64,000 nt of DNA from Trypanosoma brucei (lineage: Eukaryota): contig CP000067.1 of assembly GCA_000002445.1 (NCBI GenBank), positions 544,001 through 608,000 of the forward strand, in the 5' to 3' direction. Numbering within the stretch: position 1 is the stretch's first letter; every line of letters starts with the position of its first letter. Shown piece by piece: positions 12,427-22,452 of the stretch. Below the pieces are notes generated by a model that was given only the letters and a program-made list of their open reading frames with translations, was not told the DNA's origin and searched no databases. The translations under genes were made by a program, and so were the position numbers.

Positions 12427-13006
12427 AGACCTGGGAGAACGCACGTGGTAATTGCACTATCGCATCGCTTACGGTCCTCTTCTACTTCCTTTCTGTTCTG
12501 TTATTTGAGAGTTAGGACCTACTCGACATTTTTGTGTTCTTACCCTTTGTCTAAGGTGGTTTGTAGGTGCATGGTGAGGGCGATCGTATGTACTACTATT
12601 GGTTTGCGAAGATGTCCGAGATCTCTACCCTCGTGTGTAATGTATATGAATGCTTTCACGATTATATGTATCCTTCTCTTTATTATTGCGCCTGTGTGAT
12701 TTCATAACTCACTGGCTCATCAAGGCGCGCGTACGTACGTACGCACGCGTCTATGTGCCGCAATTATTCAATTTCTCAGTAGTCTCTATGATGCGGGATG
12801 CCTTCAACCTGTATTGCGTATGCGAGGGGTTGTAGAGAATTACTCCACCAGTCTTCCTCCCTTGTCACACCTGACTGTTTTGGTTACCGCAACTCATCTA
12901 CGATGTCCGAGGCGTTTTGCTTTTGTTGTTGTATCTTTTCTCTTTCTCTTTTGTGCGTGCGTTTTGGTTCTTGCCCGTTTCACCGTAAAAGCGTTTTCCT
13001 ATAGTT

Positions 13007-13531
13007 ATGATTGTCGGCCAAATGAGAAGGGCATCAGTCGCCGGTAGCTCCGACAGCGTCCTTGCCATTCGGTCCTGTTTTGACAATAGAGATGCCGTAT
13101 TGTTTATTCAACCTGGAGATGGGGCACTTCTGGTAGCGGACGGCCACCGCTATGTTCAAGTTATTTTACACTTCCATGGTGTTACGAGGTTTCCAAGCCT
13201 GATAGTGCTCCCATGGGAACAACATCGATTTTCTGTACGAGTTAACAATGTGCTGTATGACGATGGGCCGATTAGCTTGGATGTGGGTGATGAAATTGAA
13301 CTCATGGACTCAAGATCCCGCTTGACTGCCGATAGGTGCGTGTTTCGAGTAGAGCTGCTCACCACAGGATGCGGTCCTTATGTTTCTGAGCTGTTGGCTA
13401 ATGGTAATCGCACAGATAATGCGGTGCCTGCTCACAAGCCGTATAAAGTTGGACAGGGGAGCTGTTGGGCCGAGTTTGTGAACCACCGCGTAGGGAAGCT
13501 GGACAAGGTCCTTTCCCGTGTGAAAAGGTAA
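13007..13531 (+). CDS. Hypothetical protein (174 aa)
   Basis: ORF with balanced, coding-like amino-acid composition on the same strand as its neighbours. I recognise no domain. Confidence 0.35.
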   Translation: MIVGQMRRASVAGSSDSVLAIRSCFDNRDAVLFIQPGDGALLVADGHRYVQVILHFHGVTRFPSLIVLPWEQHRFSVRVNNVLYDDGPISLDVGDEIELMDSRSRLTADRCVFRVELLTTGCGPYVSELLANGNRTDNAVPAHKPYKVGQGSCWAEFVNHRVGKLDKVLSRVKR

Positions 13532-13909
13532 CATGTATATGCGAGTTTTGTGCCCATGACCCAGAACATGGCATGTAGTGAGGATAAAGGGGGGAAATCG
13601 ACTATCTTGAAAATATTTTCCCTTTGTATATGTACGTGCACAACATTTTCTCTGCTATTTCCTCGTGAGTGTGCATTTGCCTTTGTTTGCATTTCCCCCG
13701 CCCAACAGGTTCACTCATTTACTTCGACCCTTCCTTTTCACCTTCCCCCGCGTCCAAGTGACCAAGCAGGAGGGTCACAGTACGATTTGTAGGACCTAGC
13801 TTCCCCTACCGTGCGTGGCGCCACCACCATTTCCTCTCCTCTCCTCTCCCTTCCCCCCTTTTCCCATTTCCCCCCTCCCTTGTGGCGTTGTACATATCTC
13901 GGGCGGGAA

Positions 13910-14311
13910 ATGACCGAGTCGTACCGATCGTCGATGTACCTCTTCCAGCACTCGTTTTGCAGTTCGGTTGTATTGGCTTTTTGTTTGCTCAACGGCACGC
14001 TTGCGTTCTTATTCGCATTCATGATAGATTCTGGCGCACTTGCAGCGTTCGCAGTACCTGCAGTGGAGCGGGGGTGGGTGGTAAGTGAAAAGGCCACGGC
14101 GTGCCGACGAGCCGGGGGTTTGTTCATGTTGTTGTCGGTATTGGTGTTAGTAGCACCGTCTTTGAGGTGGCTGCGCGGGCCGTGTCGTCTTCTTTCCTCA
14201 CGGTTACGGTACCGTCTGCACTGGGGTTATCGAACTTTTCTATCGAATGATTGCCAAGATGTTGCAAGCAGTAGGTGCAGTGATGGTGATTGCGAGATGC
14301 TTGAAGTGTAG
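13910..14311 (+). CDS. Hypothetical small membrane protein
   Basis: In-frame Met (MTESYRSS...) inside the 13811-14311 ORF, followed by two hydrophobic helices. It is preceded by a strong CT-rich polypyrimidine tract at 13837-13885. This is a weak call. Confidence 0.25.
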   Translation: MTESYRSSMYLFQHSFCSSVVLAFCLLNGTLAFLFAFMIDSGALAAFAVPAVERGWVVSEKATACRRAGGLFMLLSVLVLVAPSLRWLRGPCRLLSSRLRYRLHWGYRTFLSNDCQDVASSRCSDGDCEMLEV

Positions 14312-15050
14312 TTTCGTTGTGTTTGTTCCGCGGTCTTCCTCTGCGATTTTTTTTTTCACATTTCCTCGCGTACGTGAGTATACAGGGCTTACTCTCTCTA
14401 AAGGCACCTTTGGTGTGTTGGTGGGTGTCTCAGCCCAATGCTACCTGCGCTAAGTGAACAAGGCCGCTTTGCTTTTTTCACGCTTCTATACCTTTTCTCT
14501 ACGTCTTTGCGCTGCAACTGGGATACACAAATCGCTGATTCTATTTGCTGTTCATGTTCTGGCACCCCACCACCAGCGTCAGCGTGCCAGTTTCACCACC
14601 TGATCTAGGAGCAATGAGGTGAAGACTTTCCTCCCCCTCCCCCCGCGCACGTCACTACGGCGACACATGTTGTTTTCCTTTCGGTTTTGCAACATGAGGG
14701 ATTGGGATGTTGCCGAGATGATCAACGATGAGTGGGGAGGAGGTAATTCGTCGTGTTCGCGAATGCAACCGATGAGGTTTAAGAAGGCCGTTGATGAAAT
14801 GAGCATGTATGTGAGCTTGTGTTTGTGGACACGTATACGCATACATCTCTAAAGCTTGTGGTTGCTAACTTTGTGCCTTGCTTAGCTTTTCCCCCTCCTT
14901 TTAGATTCTGATTCCATCTCTACACGTTGCCCTACAGTGTTATCCCTCTTTGTTTTTATGCTATGCTTGTGCGTTATTATTATTTTTGTTACCATACATA
15001 CACATCTTCGAAGGTGAGATTAGGTGGTAAACGTTTGCTTCGCTACGACG

Positions 15051-15446
15051 ATGTCTCCCAAACTGTATGTTTGCATAGCTTTCTCTTTTGTGAACGCAGT
15101 GACAGCATTTGTCATTTCGTGGTTGATGCAGGCTCGTATCACGACATTTGATATTACTGCGTTTACGCATGGGTGGGATATGCCCCAAAAGACAGAGGCA
15201 TGTCGAAGTGCTGGGGTGCTCTACCTGATCCTGGGCGCGTGTTTCTCCGCATACGCTCTCTACTTGCGCTATGCTACGCGCGCAGAACAGTTAAGGCGCT
15301 ACGAAATGGAGCTTGCGGGAATGCCAGAGGGGACGCCGCTCTTACGCGGCCCGGTCACTAACGGGAGTTTCCCACAGAGTAAACAAAATCAGGGAGCCAC
15401 CGGGCCCCGCTCCAAAGAAAGTTATGGAGCAGACAGTAGCAATTGA
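15051..15446 (+). CDS. Hypothetical small membrane protein
   Basis: ORF 15024-15446; internal Met MSPKLYVCIAFSF... begins a predicted TM helix and a second hydrophobic stretch (VLYLILGACFSAYALYL) follows. Same strand as the transcription unit. Confidence 0.3.
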   Translation: MSPKLYVCIAFSFVNAVTAFVISWLMQARITTFDITAFTHGWDMPQKTEACRSAGVLYLILGACFSAYALYLRYATRAEQLRRYEMELAGMPEGTPLLRGPVTNGSFPQSKQNQGATGPRSKESYGADSSN

Positions 15447-16539
15447 GAGGTGTTGCGGGCAATGCAGGACCCGAAGAGGGAGGAAAGAAAAAAGTATGGT
15501 TACCGTTTCGTGACACTTGTTTGCATCCTCGTGTAAATTACCTGAGGAGGACGCGTCCGTTTCTCTTTCCATGCGCGGGTGTGTTTGCGTTTGTTTGTTT
15601 GCAGTGGGAGGAGAACATTTTATGGAATAGGCGGGGTCACATCAAATGATAGGAACAAATGTGAACGGAGAAGGGTCGTTGTGCATGTGTATTGTTTGTG
15701 TGTGTGTGCGTGAGTACTGGATGGATATATGTGCAGAAGTGATGATGCTTACAGGGCGTTTGAATTTTGCATCGTGGAATATTTGGTGGCTTCTCTTTTC
15801 CCCTTTACTTTTCCCTTTACGTGTGCGTGTGGCGCGTTTTCCGTCTCTTTACAAATTTAACGCATTATGGGAAAACTGGTAATCATCAGTGGGCATCACA
15901 CACATACTCATCGTGCGGTCAATATGATTCCTTCTCCGTTGAATAGCGATCGGACGCCCGCCTAGCAACAAATGCCTCCGTGAAAGCCTCTGCGGAGAAA
16001 CGCGGTAGCGATAGTGGATGATGATGTGGGAGAATCTTCCGTTTGGAATAGCGTTTGCGTTAGCTGGACTCGAGCTTAACCATCGAACCGACTTGTCGCG
16101 TTTGTTATTCTTTATATTTTTCACAGCGTTTTGGTCTTCTCTTTTCATTCGCTAGACTGGACATTGCACCTGTCCTTATGCCGGTACTTTCTTTCTGTGT
16201 GTGGAGGGGGCAAGCGTTGAAGGTAATTAGAGGACTTTTGCTTGTGTTTGTATCCATGGAGGTGTACCTACCGTTCCCTTCTGCTGTTTTCATTTTGTTT
16301 GACTGCTCCGTTGACGCTCCTTCTACACTGTTTTGCGTCCGTTGCTCTTTCGGGTTGTGCGAACTTTCTCCTTGTACTGTTACTTTGTGGCTATTGTGAA
16401 AGGAGAAAAAAATATAACGACAACGCCTATTATGCTCATTGATATCTAACCATCCGGAGAAATGTGTGCTATTATCGTTACGTGTCCACCTCCAAAGTGT
16501 CCATGTGTACTATTGTGCATTTGATAGTAAGTGTCACTT

Positions 16540-16600
16540 CAACCTCCTCTTTTGTTTGACGCCCTCGTCGCTGTACATCTAATAGCCAGGCTTACGCGTT
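16540..16600 (+). promoter_or_regulatory. Polypyrimidine tract + AG upstream of RPL35A (putative SL trans-splice acceptor region)
   Basis: cacttcaacctcctcttttgtttgacgccctcgtcgctg followed by AG dinucleotides 40-60 nt before the ATG. This is the standard kinetoplastid mRNA-processing signal arrangement (established knowledge). The actual site has not been mapped. Confidence 0.4.
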
Positions 16601-16643
16601 TACACGACACCAACAGTCTTCGAAAACAGACTAGCACGACAAA

Positions 16644-17093
16644 ATGGCTCTTGTGAAGAAGTTCTCCGGCTCCGTCGCTGCCAACCGCAGCAAGAAGATA
16701 CACCAGCTGACGAAGAAGACCACCAGGGTGAAGCGTGACCGCAAATCTCCTCGCCTCTACATGAAGGGGACTCTCGCCGGATACACCCGGGGGCTGCACG
16801 GGCAGAACAAAAACACTGCACTCGTCCGCATTGAGAACGTGAACACAACTGAGGATGCCAAGTGGTACGTTGGCAAGCGCGTTTGCTATGTTTACCATGG
16901 CTACAAGATTAAGCGTTGTGTGCGTTGGTCGAAAGCGCCTGCCCGCCGCAGCAACACCCGCGCCATCTGGGGCCGCATCACCCGGCCACACGGCACGTCT
17001 GGAACCGTTCGCGTTAAGTTCAATGGAAGCTCCGTTCCCGCATCGGCCATTGGCAGGCGCATTCGCGTGTATCTGTACCCCAGCCGCATCTAA
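16644..17093 (+). CDS. RPL35A: 60S ribosomal protein L35a (eL33)
   Basis: The 149-aa product (MALVKKFSGSVAANRSKKIHQLTKK...GRRIRVYLYPSRI) matches the conserved L35Ae family along its length. GC3 is high, as expected for a highly expressed gene. A polypyrimidine tract followed by AG lies about 60-100 nt upstream. Confidence 0.92.
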   Translation: MALVKKFSGSVAANRSKKIHQLTKKTTRVKRDRKSPRLYMKGTLAGYTRGLHGQNKNTALVRIENVNTTEDAKWYVGKRVCYVYHGYKIKRCVRWSKAPARRSNTRAIWGRITRPHGTSGTVRVKFNGSSVPASAIGRRIRVYLYPSRI

Positions 17094-19586
17094 AATGCAC
17101 CGAGTGAAAGAGTGGGGACGTTCTGAGAAACGATGTGGTCACAGGTGAGGAGGCCAATAGCCTTAGCAATTAAGTAATTCGATTCTTTTTTTTATTGATT
17201 CCCTCTCTTTTTTTATTTTACTCTGAAAGCAAAAAGAAGAAAAACTAATAATAATATGTTTTCATATGGAACGGGGTGTCATGTGACTGCCGGCTGACCG
17301 TTCTGTGTTGTATGGTGTTTCGCCATCAGCGGGACTATTGCCGTTACACTTGATAGTGGAGGTCGAAATTAATACTCTTTTCCCCCATTCATTCTTCTAC
17401 CTTTGGTTATGGCAGTTTGATCCGCAAGAACCCCAACTAGTGCGATGTGCACCCTAACTTTTAACCTATTTGTTCAGTGATTTGGGTTGGTTTGCCCTGT
17501 TATAACAATCCAATGAAAGGAGGGCCCCTTTAGTTGAACGATCCGCCACTGTGGATGCCTTTATTTTCTATCACTCCAATGTCACACAGTGGTGTGGGTA
17601 ATGTGCTGCCGACCCTAGTGTTGGGATGGGGAGAGCATCTGAATGCATCCACTCTGTACGTCCCCTGTGAAGGATATCGCGAGCATCCGAGGGCTGCACA
17701 TGCGCAAATGTTCACTCGTTGGTGTTGTCACGAATGAAACGGCGCAATGGGTTCCTGTGGAGCGGCACCTGCGGTAGCGCTGGAGAGCCCTTCAGGCCCT
17801 CCATTAGTTGCGAATCGTATGCAAAGGGGTAATGCGAACTTATTGTCACATACTCCTGCAACAGTTTTTGGGTAGTGCTTCGAACACTATGACGCCCCGA
17901 TTGCGCTGTTGCGACCATATCGTCTGCGTGAAGCTTTTGCACGACGAGTAGCACGCACCAAGTCTTATTGTGGAGTCTGCGGCGGCCCGCGCCCGTCCCG
18001 ATGACGCTTTAAAGATGCAGGGTGCTACTTGAAGGGATGAGTAATAATGTCGCTGTGAGGTGTTCGCGTCCAATCAGTGGCAATGAATTGCGTGGGTGCA
18101 CAGCAAGGGCGTCCTGTGTAATGCGGTGGATGTCGGCTGTCCCTATCTCGTGCGTGTGGATAGCAGAGCCCTCCTTGTTGTATGATGTCGTTGGTTCGGT
18201 ATCAACGCGACGGTTTGGCGCTCATTTGGGGTGCGACGTTATTGCACATATCGCTACCGACAGAAGCGAATTCAGACGTGTGAACCTCCTAATGTGTGGG
18301 GTGAGGAGCGTTACCATCCTAAGAATCGGCCGGCGGACGGAGCGGAATGTCGCTAAAAGGGGGTAGGATTACATGTGAAGCCCGTGTCACCATGGCGCAA
18401 TAAAATGTGGAGACAACTGGAGGATAACGCCTCTTCGGTTACAGGAGCGGTGGTGTGAAAATTGCTGCAGTGTAGGGTGTGATACTGCAGCTGAGGGTGA
18501 AAGACTCGTGGGTGTAGGGGTACCAAAACTGCCTGCGGTGCCGCAAGCGACACGATGTGCAGTCCTGAGGGGGCGAGGCTCAGATACATCGATGGAGGCA
18601 CCGTTGGATTTGAGGTGCATCTGAGAGGTGTGCCTATGTTTCAGGGCATCATAAGTGGTTACAATGGGCGGGTGGCAGCAGCTACTGTTAGCTTAATAGG
18701 GCAGGAGGAGGGGTGAGTGGATGGGCTCGACAAGCCATCCCAGCAAAAGATGGAGCGGGACGGGTGCTGACGTCAGCTTGAAGATTCTTCCCGGTATGCA
18801 AGTTGGACAGCCTGGGTCCCCGCTATCGAAAGGCATGCCCAGCGAGGGGCATGCTGCTGTTAGCGAGGGAAATTCTGTTTTCCCTTTGATGGGAATGACG
18901 GTGTCATCGGCGATATGGGGCCAAAGGCACCGTGTGTGCACAGTCACACACCACTTGGGGCTTCGTCAGATCCACTTCTACTGGCTTCGACAACTGCGCC
19001 CGCCGACCTTTGCTCGGCCACCCGTAATCCGCTCGGGTCTGAGTTTACTTCTGCGGTTACGGCTGACGCATGCTGCGACGAGCCTGCAAGCGCGGGTGGA
19101 TGAGTGATGTGCAAATTACTCATTGCATTTTTTTGGTAGTATGGTGGCGTAGTGAAACGACAATATTTGTGAAACGACGCTGAAGCTGATTTGTTCCTGT
19201 GGGTGAATAGTGATATATGATAGTCGCGGTTGGGAAGAAATTATTTAGCGCAACGTATACGTGACCCTGTTTGGCCGCTTTCTGAAGGTGTTCCACCACG
19301 GGAGTGGTTTCGAGTGTTGTGGAGGATACGATGGCTCGTGGTATTTGCATTGCTGTCTATCTGCCTGACTTCTGTTGCAGCGACTACCGTCACTCACCAA
19401 CACGTTTCCTTTTCCTTTTCACCGCACGTGGTTACGTGCAAGTGAGCGATTGTTACCCGCTAAGACAACTTTATTACTTTTGCATCTTTGTGGACTAGTC
19501 AGGGTAGTGGTATTCACTTTTAGGTTGCACGCCGCTAGTGGATTTCAAAGTGTCTGCGCGCGTGGTCGGAGCAGGCCGCGGTCAGC

Positions 19587-21371
19587 TTGCCCCTAATGGA
19601 AACTAAAGAGAAATCACCAATGTTGGACGATTTGCGGGACGATTGTCCAGCATTCTCAAGGTTGGACTGCTTGGGCAACCTGACAGGAGAGGGCGAGGGG
19701 CCAGCGGTGGGGCTGAAGGAACATGCGCTCCAACAGCGTGCTGAATCCTCCTTCGATAGGGATAGACGACTTGCGGGGATATTTTCGTTAGATGGCGTGA
19801 GAGGACGCAACCGCCTTGTCAAGGAAGATGATAATGGAAATGTAGAATACAAGTGGCGCCTAACGGGCGTCAGCGCGGGCCGCTTAGAGCACCTGATAAC
19901 TCAGATGAGATTTCGGGTGGGAGAGGGAAACGGTCAATGCCTGTACGAATTGGGTGTTGCTGATGACGGCACACCACGAGGGCTTTCCGCCGCCGATTAC
20001 CAGGAGTCTGTAGAAACACTTCTGCGCATGGCGAAGGCGCTCGGGCTTGACACAACCGTTTTACAAGAGTTTGCAGTTCAAGAGACTCCCGTACCGCTGT
20101 GGTGCGGTGAGATTCTTGTTACGCAGCGGCAAGCGAAGCAGCAGGATTGCAGGGTGGCCTTCTGTGGCACCACAGGGAGTGGGAAGTCCACCTTGATGGG
20201 CGTTCTCCTCACAGGACTCCGCGATGACGGAGTTGGCAGTGCGCGTCAGCTCATATTTAATCACAAACACGAAATCACCACGGGGAAGACGTCGTCCATT
20301 GTGACGCGTGTGCTTCCTGTTACCGAATCAAGAGTAGAAGAAATGCCGTTTGCGTATCGGCCTGAAAGTAGTGAGCGGCCATGTCGCTCTATTACGATGA
20401 TCGACCTCGGTGGGGATGTGACTAAACAGATGCTCTTTGGATTGATGAGCCGGCGGCCGGACTTCACGGGGATAACAATTGCTGTTGATCAGTCTGTTAA
20501 CGAGATAGCGAGGTACGCCCAGGTTTGCTGTGCAATGAAATTTCCGTTCTTTGTCGTTGTGACGAAGATAGACACAGTGGTTGAGTTTGAAGTTGATGCG
20601 TTTTTGCTGGAGCTGGCCGCGAAACTGTCGACTATTGGATGCAGTTCACTTGTGCTAGCAACTTCAAGTGATGTGGTGGCATTTCAAAAGACGTGGAGGA
20701 AGAATAAGCAGGTTCCTCTGCTCTCTTTGTCTTCCGTGAGTAACGATGGCATCGAAGTGTTTCAGCAGTTTCTTTCCTCCCTACCGCATGTAGAGATACC
20801 TCCAACTCCGAACTCTATGTTTGAGGTTCTTCTTGATGGTTGTTTTCTCGTTCGGGGAGTTGGCCCAGTTGTGAAAGGACATGTGTCGAAGGGATCTGTT
20901 GAGTTGGGGTGCCGCTGTAACATTGGACCGGATGCAGAGGGAAAGTTTCACGCCGTTACCGTAAGAGGAATTCATGTGGATGGATCCCACGTCACACGTG
21001 CGCAGCAGAGTGACGAGGGAACATTCGCTCTTTCCGAACTTCCTAACGGCATTGATATGTCACAGAAGGGTAAGATGCTGATTCCCAACTCGGTGGAAGT
21101 CTGTTGGGAGTTTGAGGCGCTCATAAAGGTACTCGCACAATCCATAACGCCGCAGCTGGAGCCGATTCTTTATTCGGGTAACCTTCGACAGGCCGTAAAA
21201 ATAGTACCTTCTGGTGTGGAGACCCAGCAACTTATTGATGAAAAGGTATTAGTTCGCTTTCGGTTTTTATACCACCCAGAGGTGATGCGCGAGGGTGCCA
21301 GTATTATTCTCCAGTGGCAACCGAGCGGGATCGCTGTCGGTGAGGTGCAATCGGTATTTGCAAATGTGTAG
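19587..21371 (+). CDS. GTPBP1-family GTP-binding protein (AGP-1/GP-1-like)
   Basis: The N-terminal block NGNVEYKWRLTGVSAGRLEHLITQMRFRVGEGNGQCLYELGVADDGTPRGLSAADYQESVETLLRMAKALG is characteristic of the GTPBP1/2 GP-1 N-domain. A P-loop GTTGSGKST, DxxG (DLGGD) and TKID (NKxD variant) follow, then EF-Tu-like beta-barrel domains. Confidence 0.7.
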   Translation: MPLMETKEKSPMLDDLRDDCPAFSRLDCLGNLTGEGEGPAVGLKEHALQQRAESSFDRDRRLAGIFSLDGVRGRNRLVKEDDNGNVEYKWRLTGVSAGRLEHLITQMRFRVGEGNGQCLYELGVADDGTPRGLSAADYQESVETLLRMAKALGLDTTVLQEFAVQETPVPLWCGEILVTQRQAKQQDCRVAFCGTTGSGKSTLMGVLLTGLRDDGVGSARQLIFNHKHEITTGKTSSIVTRVLPVTESRVEEMPFAYRPESSERPCRSITMIDLGGDVTKQMLFGLMSRRPDFTGITIAVDQSVNEIARYAQVCCAMKFPFFVVVTKIDTVVEFEVDAFLLELAAKLSTIGCSSLVLATSSDVVAFQKTWRKNKQVPLLSLSSVSNDGIEVFQQFLSSLPHVEIPPTPNSMFEVLLDGCFLVRGVGPVVKGHVSKGSVELGCRCNIGPDAEGKFHAVTVRGIHVDGSHVTRAQQSDEGTFALSELPNGIDMSQKGKMLIPNSVEVCWEFEALIKVLAQSITPQLEPILYSGNLRQAVKIVPSGVETQQLIDEKVLVRFRFLYHPEVMREGASIILQWQPSGIAVGEVQSVFANV

Positions 21372-22452
21372 TTCACTTTATCCTTCTGTCCCCCCCTTTT
21401 TAATGGCTGACCCCGAGGTAATTAATGAAAAGAACGTTCAATAGGGCCTCGCAGGGACGTCGCTTCGTGCCGACGGCCATTTTTTCCTTAGTTAACTTCG
21501 CTGCGGGTCGGTTTTGCCATCGTTGCGGATCCGAACAAATGTGCTTATTTTTTTGTTCCCCACCCTCTCTGTTGTGTTGCAGTACTGTATGGGCGACACG
21601 CACAGGACAGAGGTTATGGTGGGCGCTACTCTCCGTACTGCGCTTTGAAGGATGCCTTCAAATTCCTTATCTTGTTGTATCTCTTGCATCCAGAAACGGG
21701 TGAAGTGAAGAGCGGTGAGGGAAGTTCTGAACGTTCCCGAGTCGACTTGCTTCATGGTACGCAGAAGGCGGGAAAACTTACATGTGTGTTTTACATCTGT
21801 TTATTACTGTGCTCTGCTGCTCATCCAGCCGGTCACTTGCCTTTGGTTCTTGAGGAAGATAGGGACTCACTCACCGATTTTGCACAGCGGCTGCGACGAA
21901 AATTGCGGAGTAAATGTTGTCGGTGGTGTGCGAAGTTGTATTATTAAAATTTGATGCAGCAACTGCTCGGGACACGTGTGGTTTTATGTGTTAATGGGGG
22001 GGGGGCATATGTGTGAATGACGTGCTATATTAGACTGTTCTTTCGAGGTCATTTGTTGTTTTCCCCGTATCTAAGTCTCCTAATCGGGGCACCTTTTTTT
22101 TTTTTCATGAATGCTCTGCTTCACTGTTGGTACTTGTGGTTGCTGGTCGTTGGGGGAAAAGTCTCCCCGTTTTTCCTCCTATTTTCCTCTTCCTGAGTAA
22201 TCACATCCACACTTTGTTAAGCTCATCTTTCTCATACCTCAGGAACAATACCCCCACCAACGACGTTAGGGCAAGGCAACGTTTTTTGTCTTTTTTTTTT
22301 CGGGGGTGGCGTGATCGCATAACCTCACAGACCTTTCACCGTATATCCCAGATACGTACGCATTGGTTATCAAATTGGAGAGACGCAAGTGACCGTAATT
22401 CCAGGGTTGATTGTGTACTTTTTTTTTTTTAAAAGAGGTTGCCGACTGCCTC

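Noticed and set aside
16040-16095. tRNA-like fragment (cggttcgatgg on the minus strand resembles a T-loop GGTTCGA box)
   Set aside because: No acceptor stem, D-arm or anticodon arm can be drawn around it, and the spacing is wrong. I treat it as a chance match.
16539-16991. 150-aa minus-strand ORF overlapping RPL35A, plus the other minus-strand ORFs in the track (e.g. 3064-3357, 22792-23172, 57457-57942)
   Set aside because: They lie antisense to clearly conserved + strand genes. They are short, Arg/Ala/Ser/Pro-rich as expected for GC-rich antisense frames, and recognisable domain-free. Kinetoplastid genes are arranged unidirectionally.
18022-19107. ORFs 18022-18366 and 18721-19107 as genes
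   Set aside because: Their composition is Arg/Cys/Ser-rich and frame-noise-like, with no domain signal. I report them only as part of the possible pseudogene or long-UTR interval.
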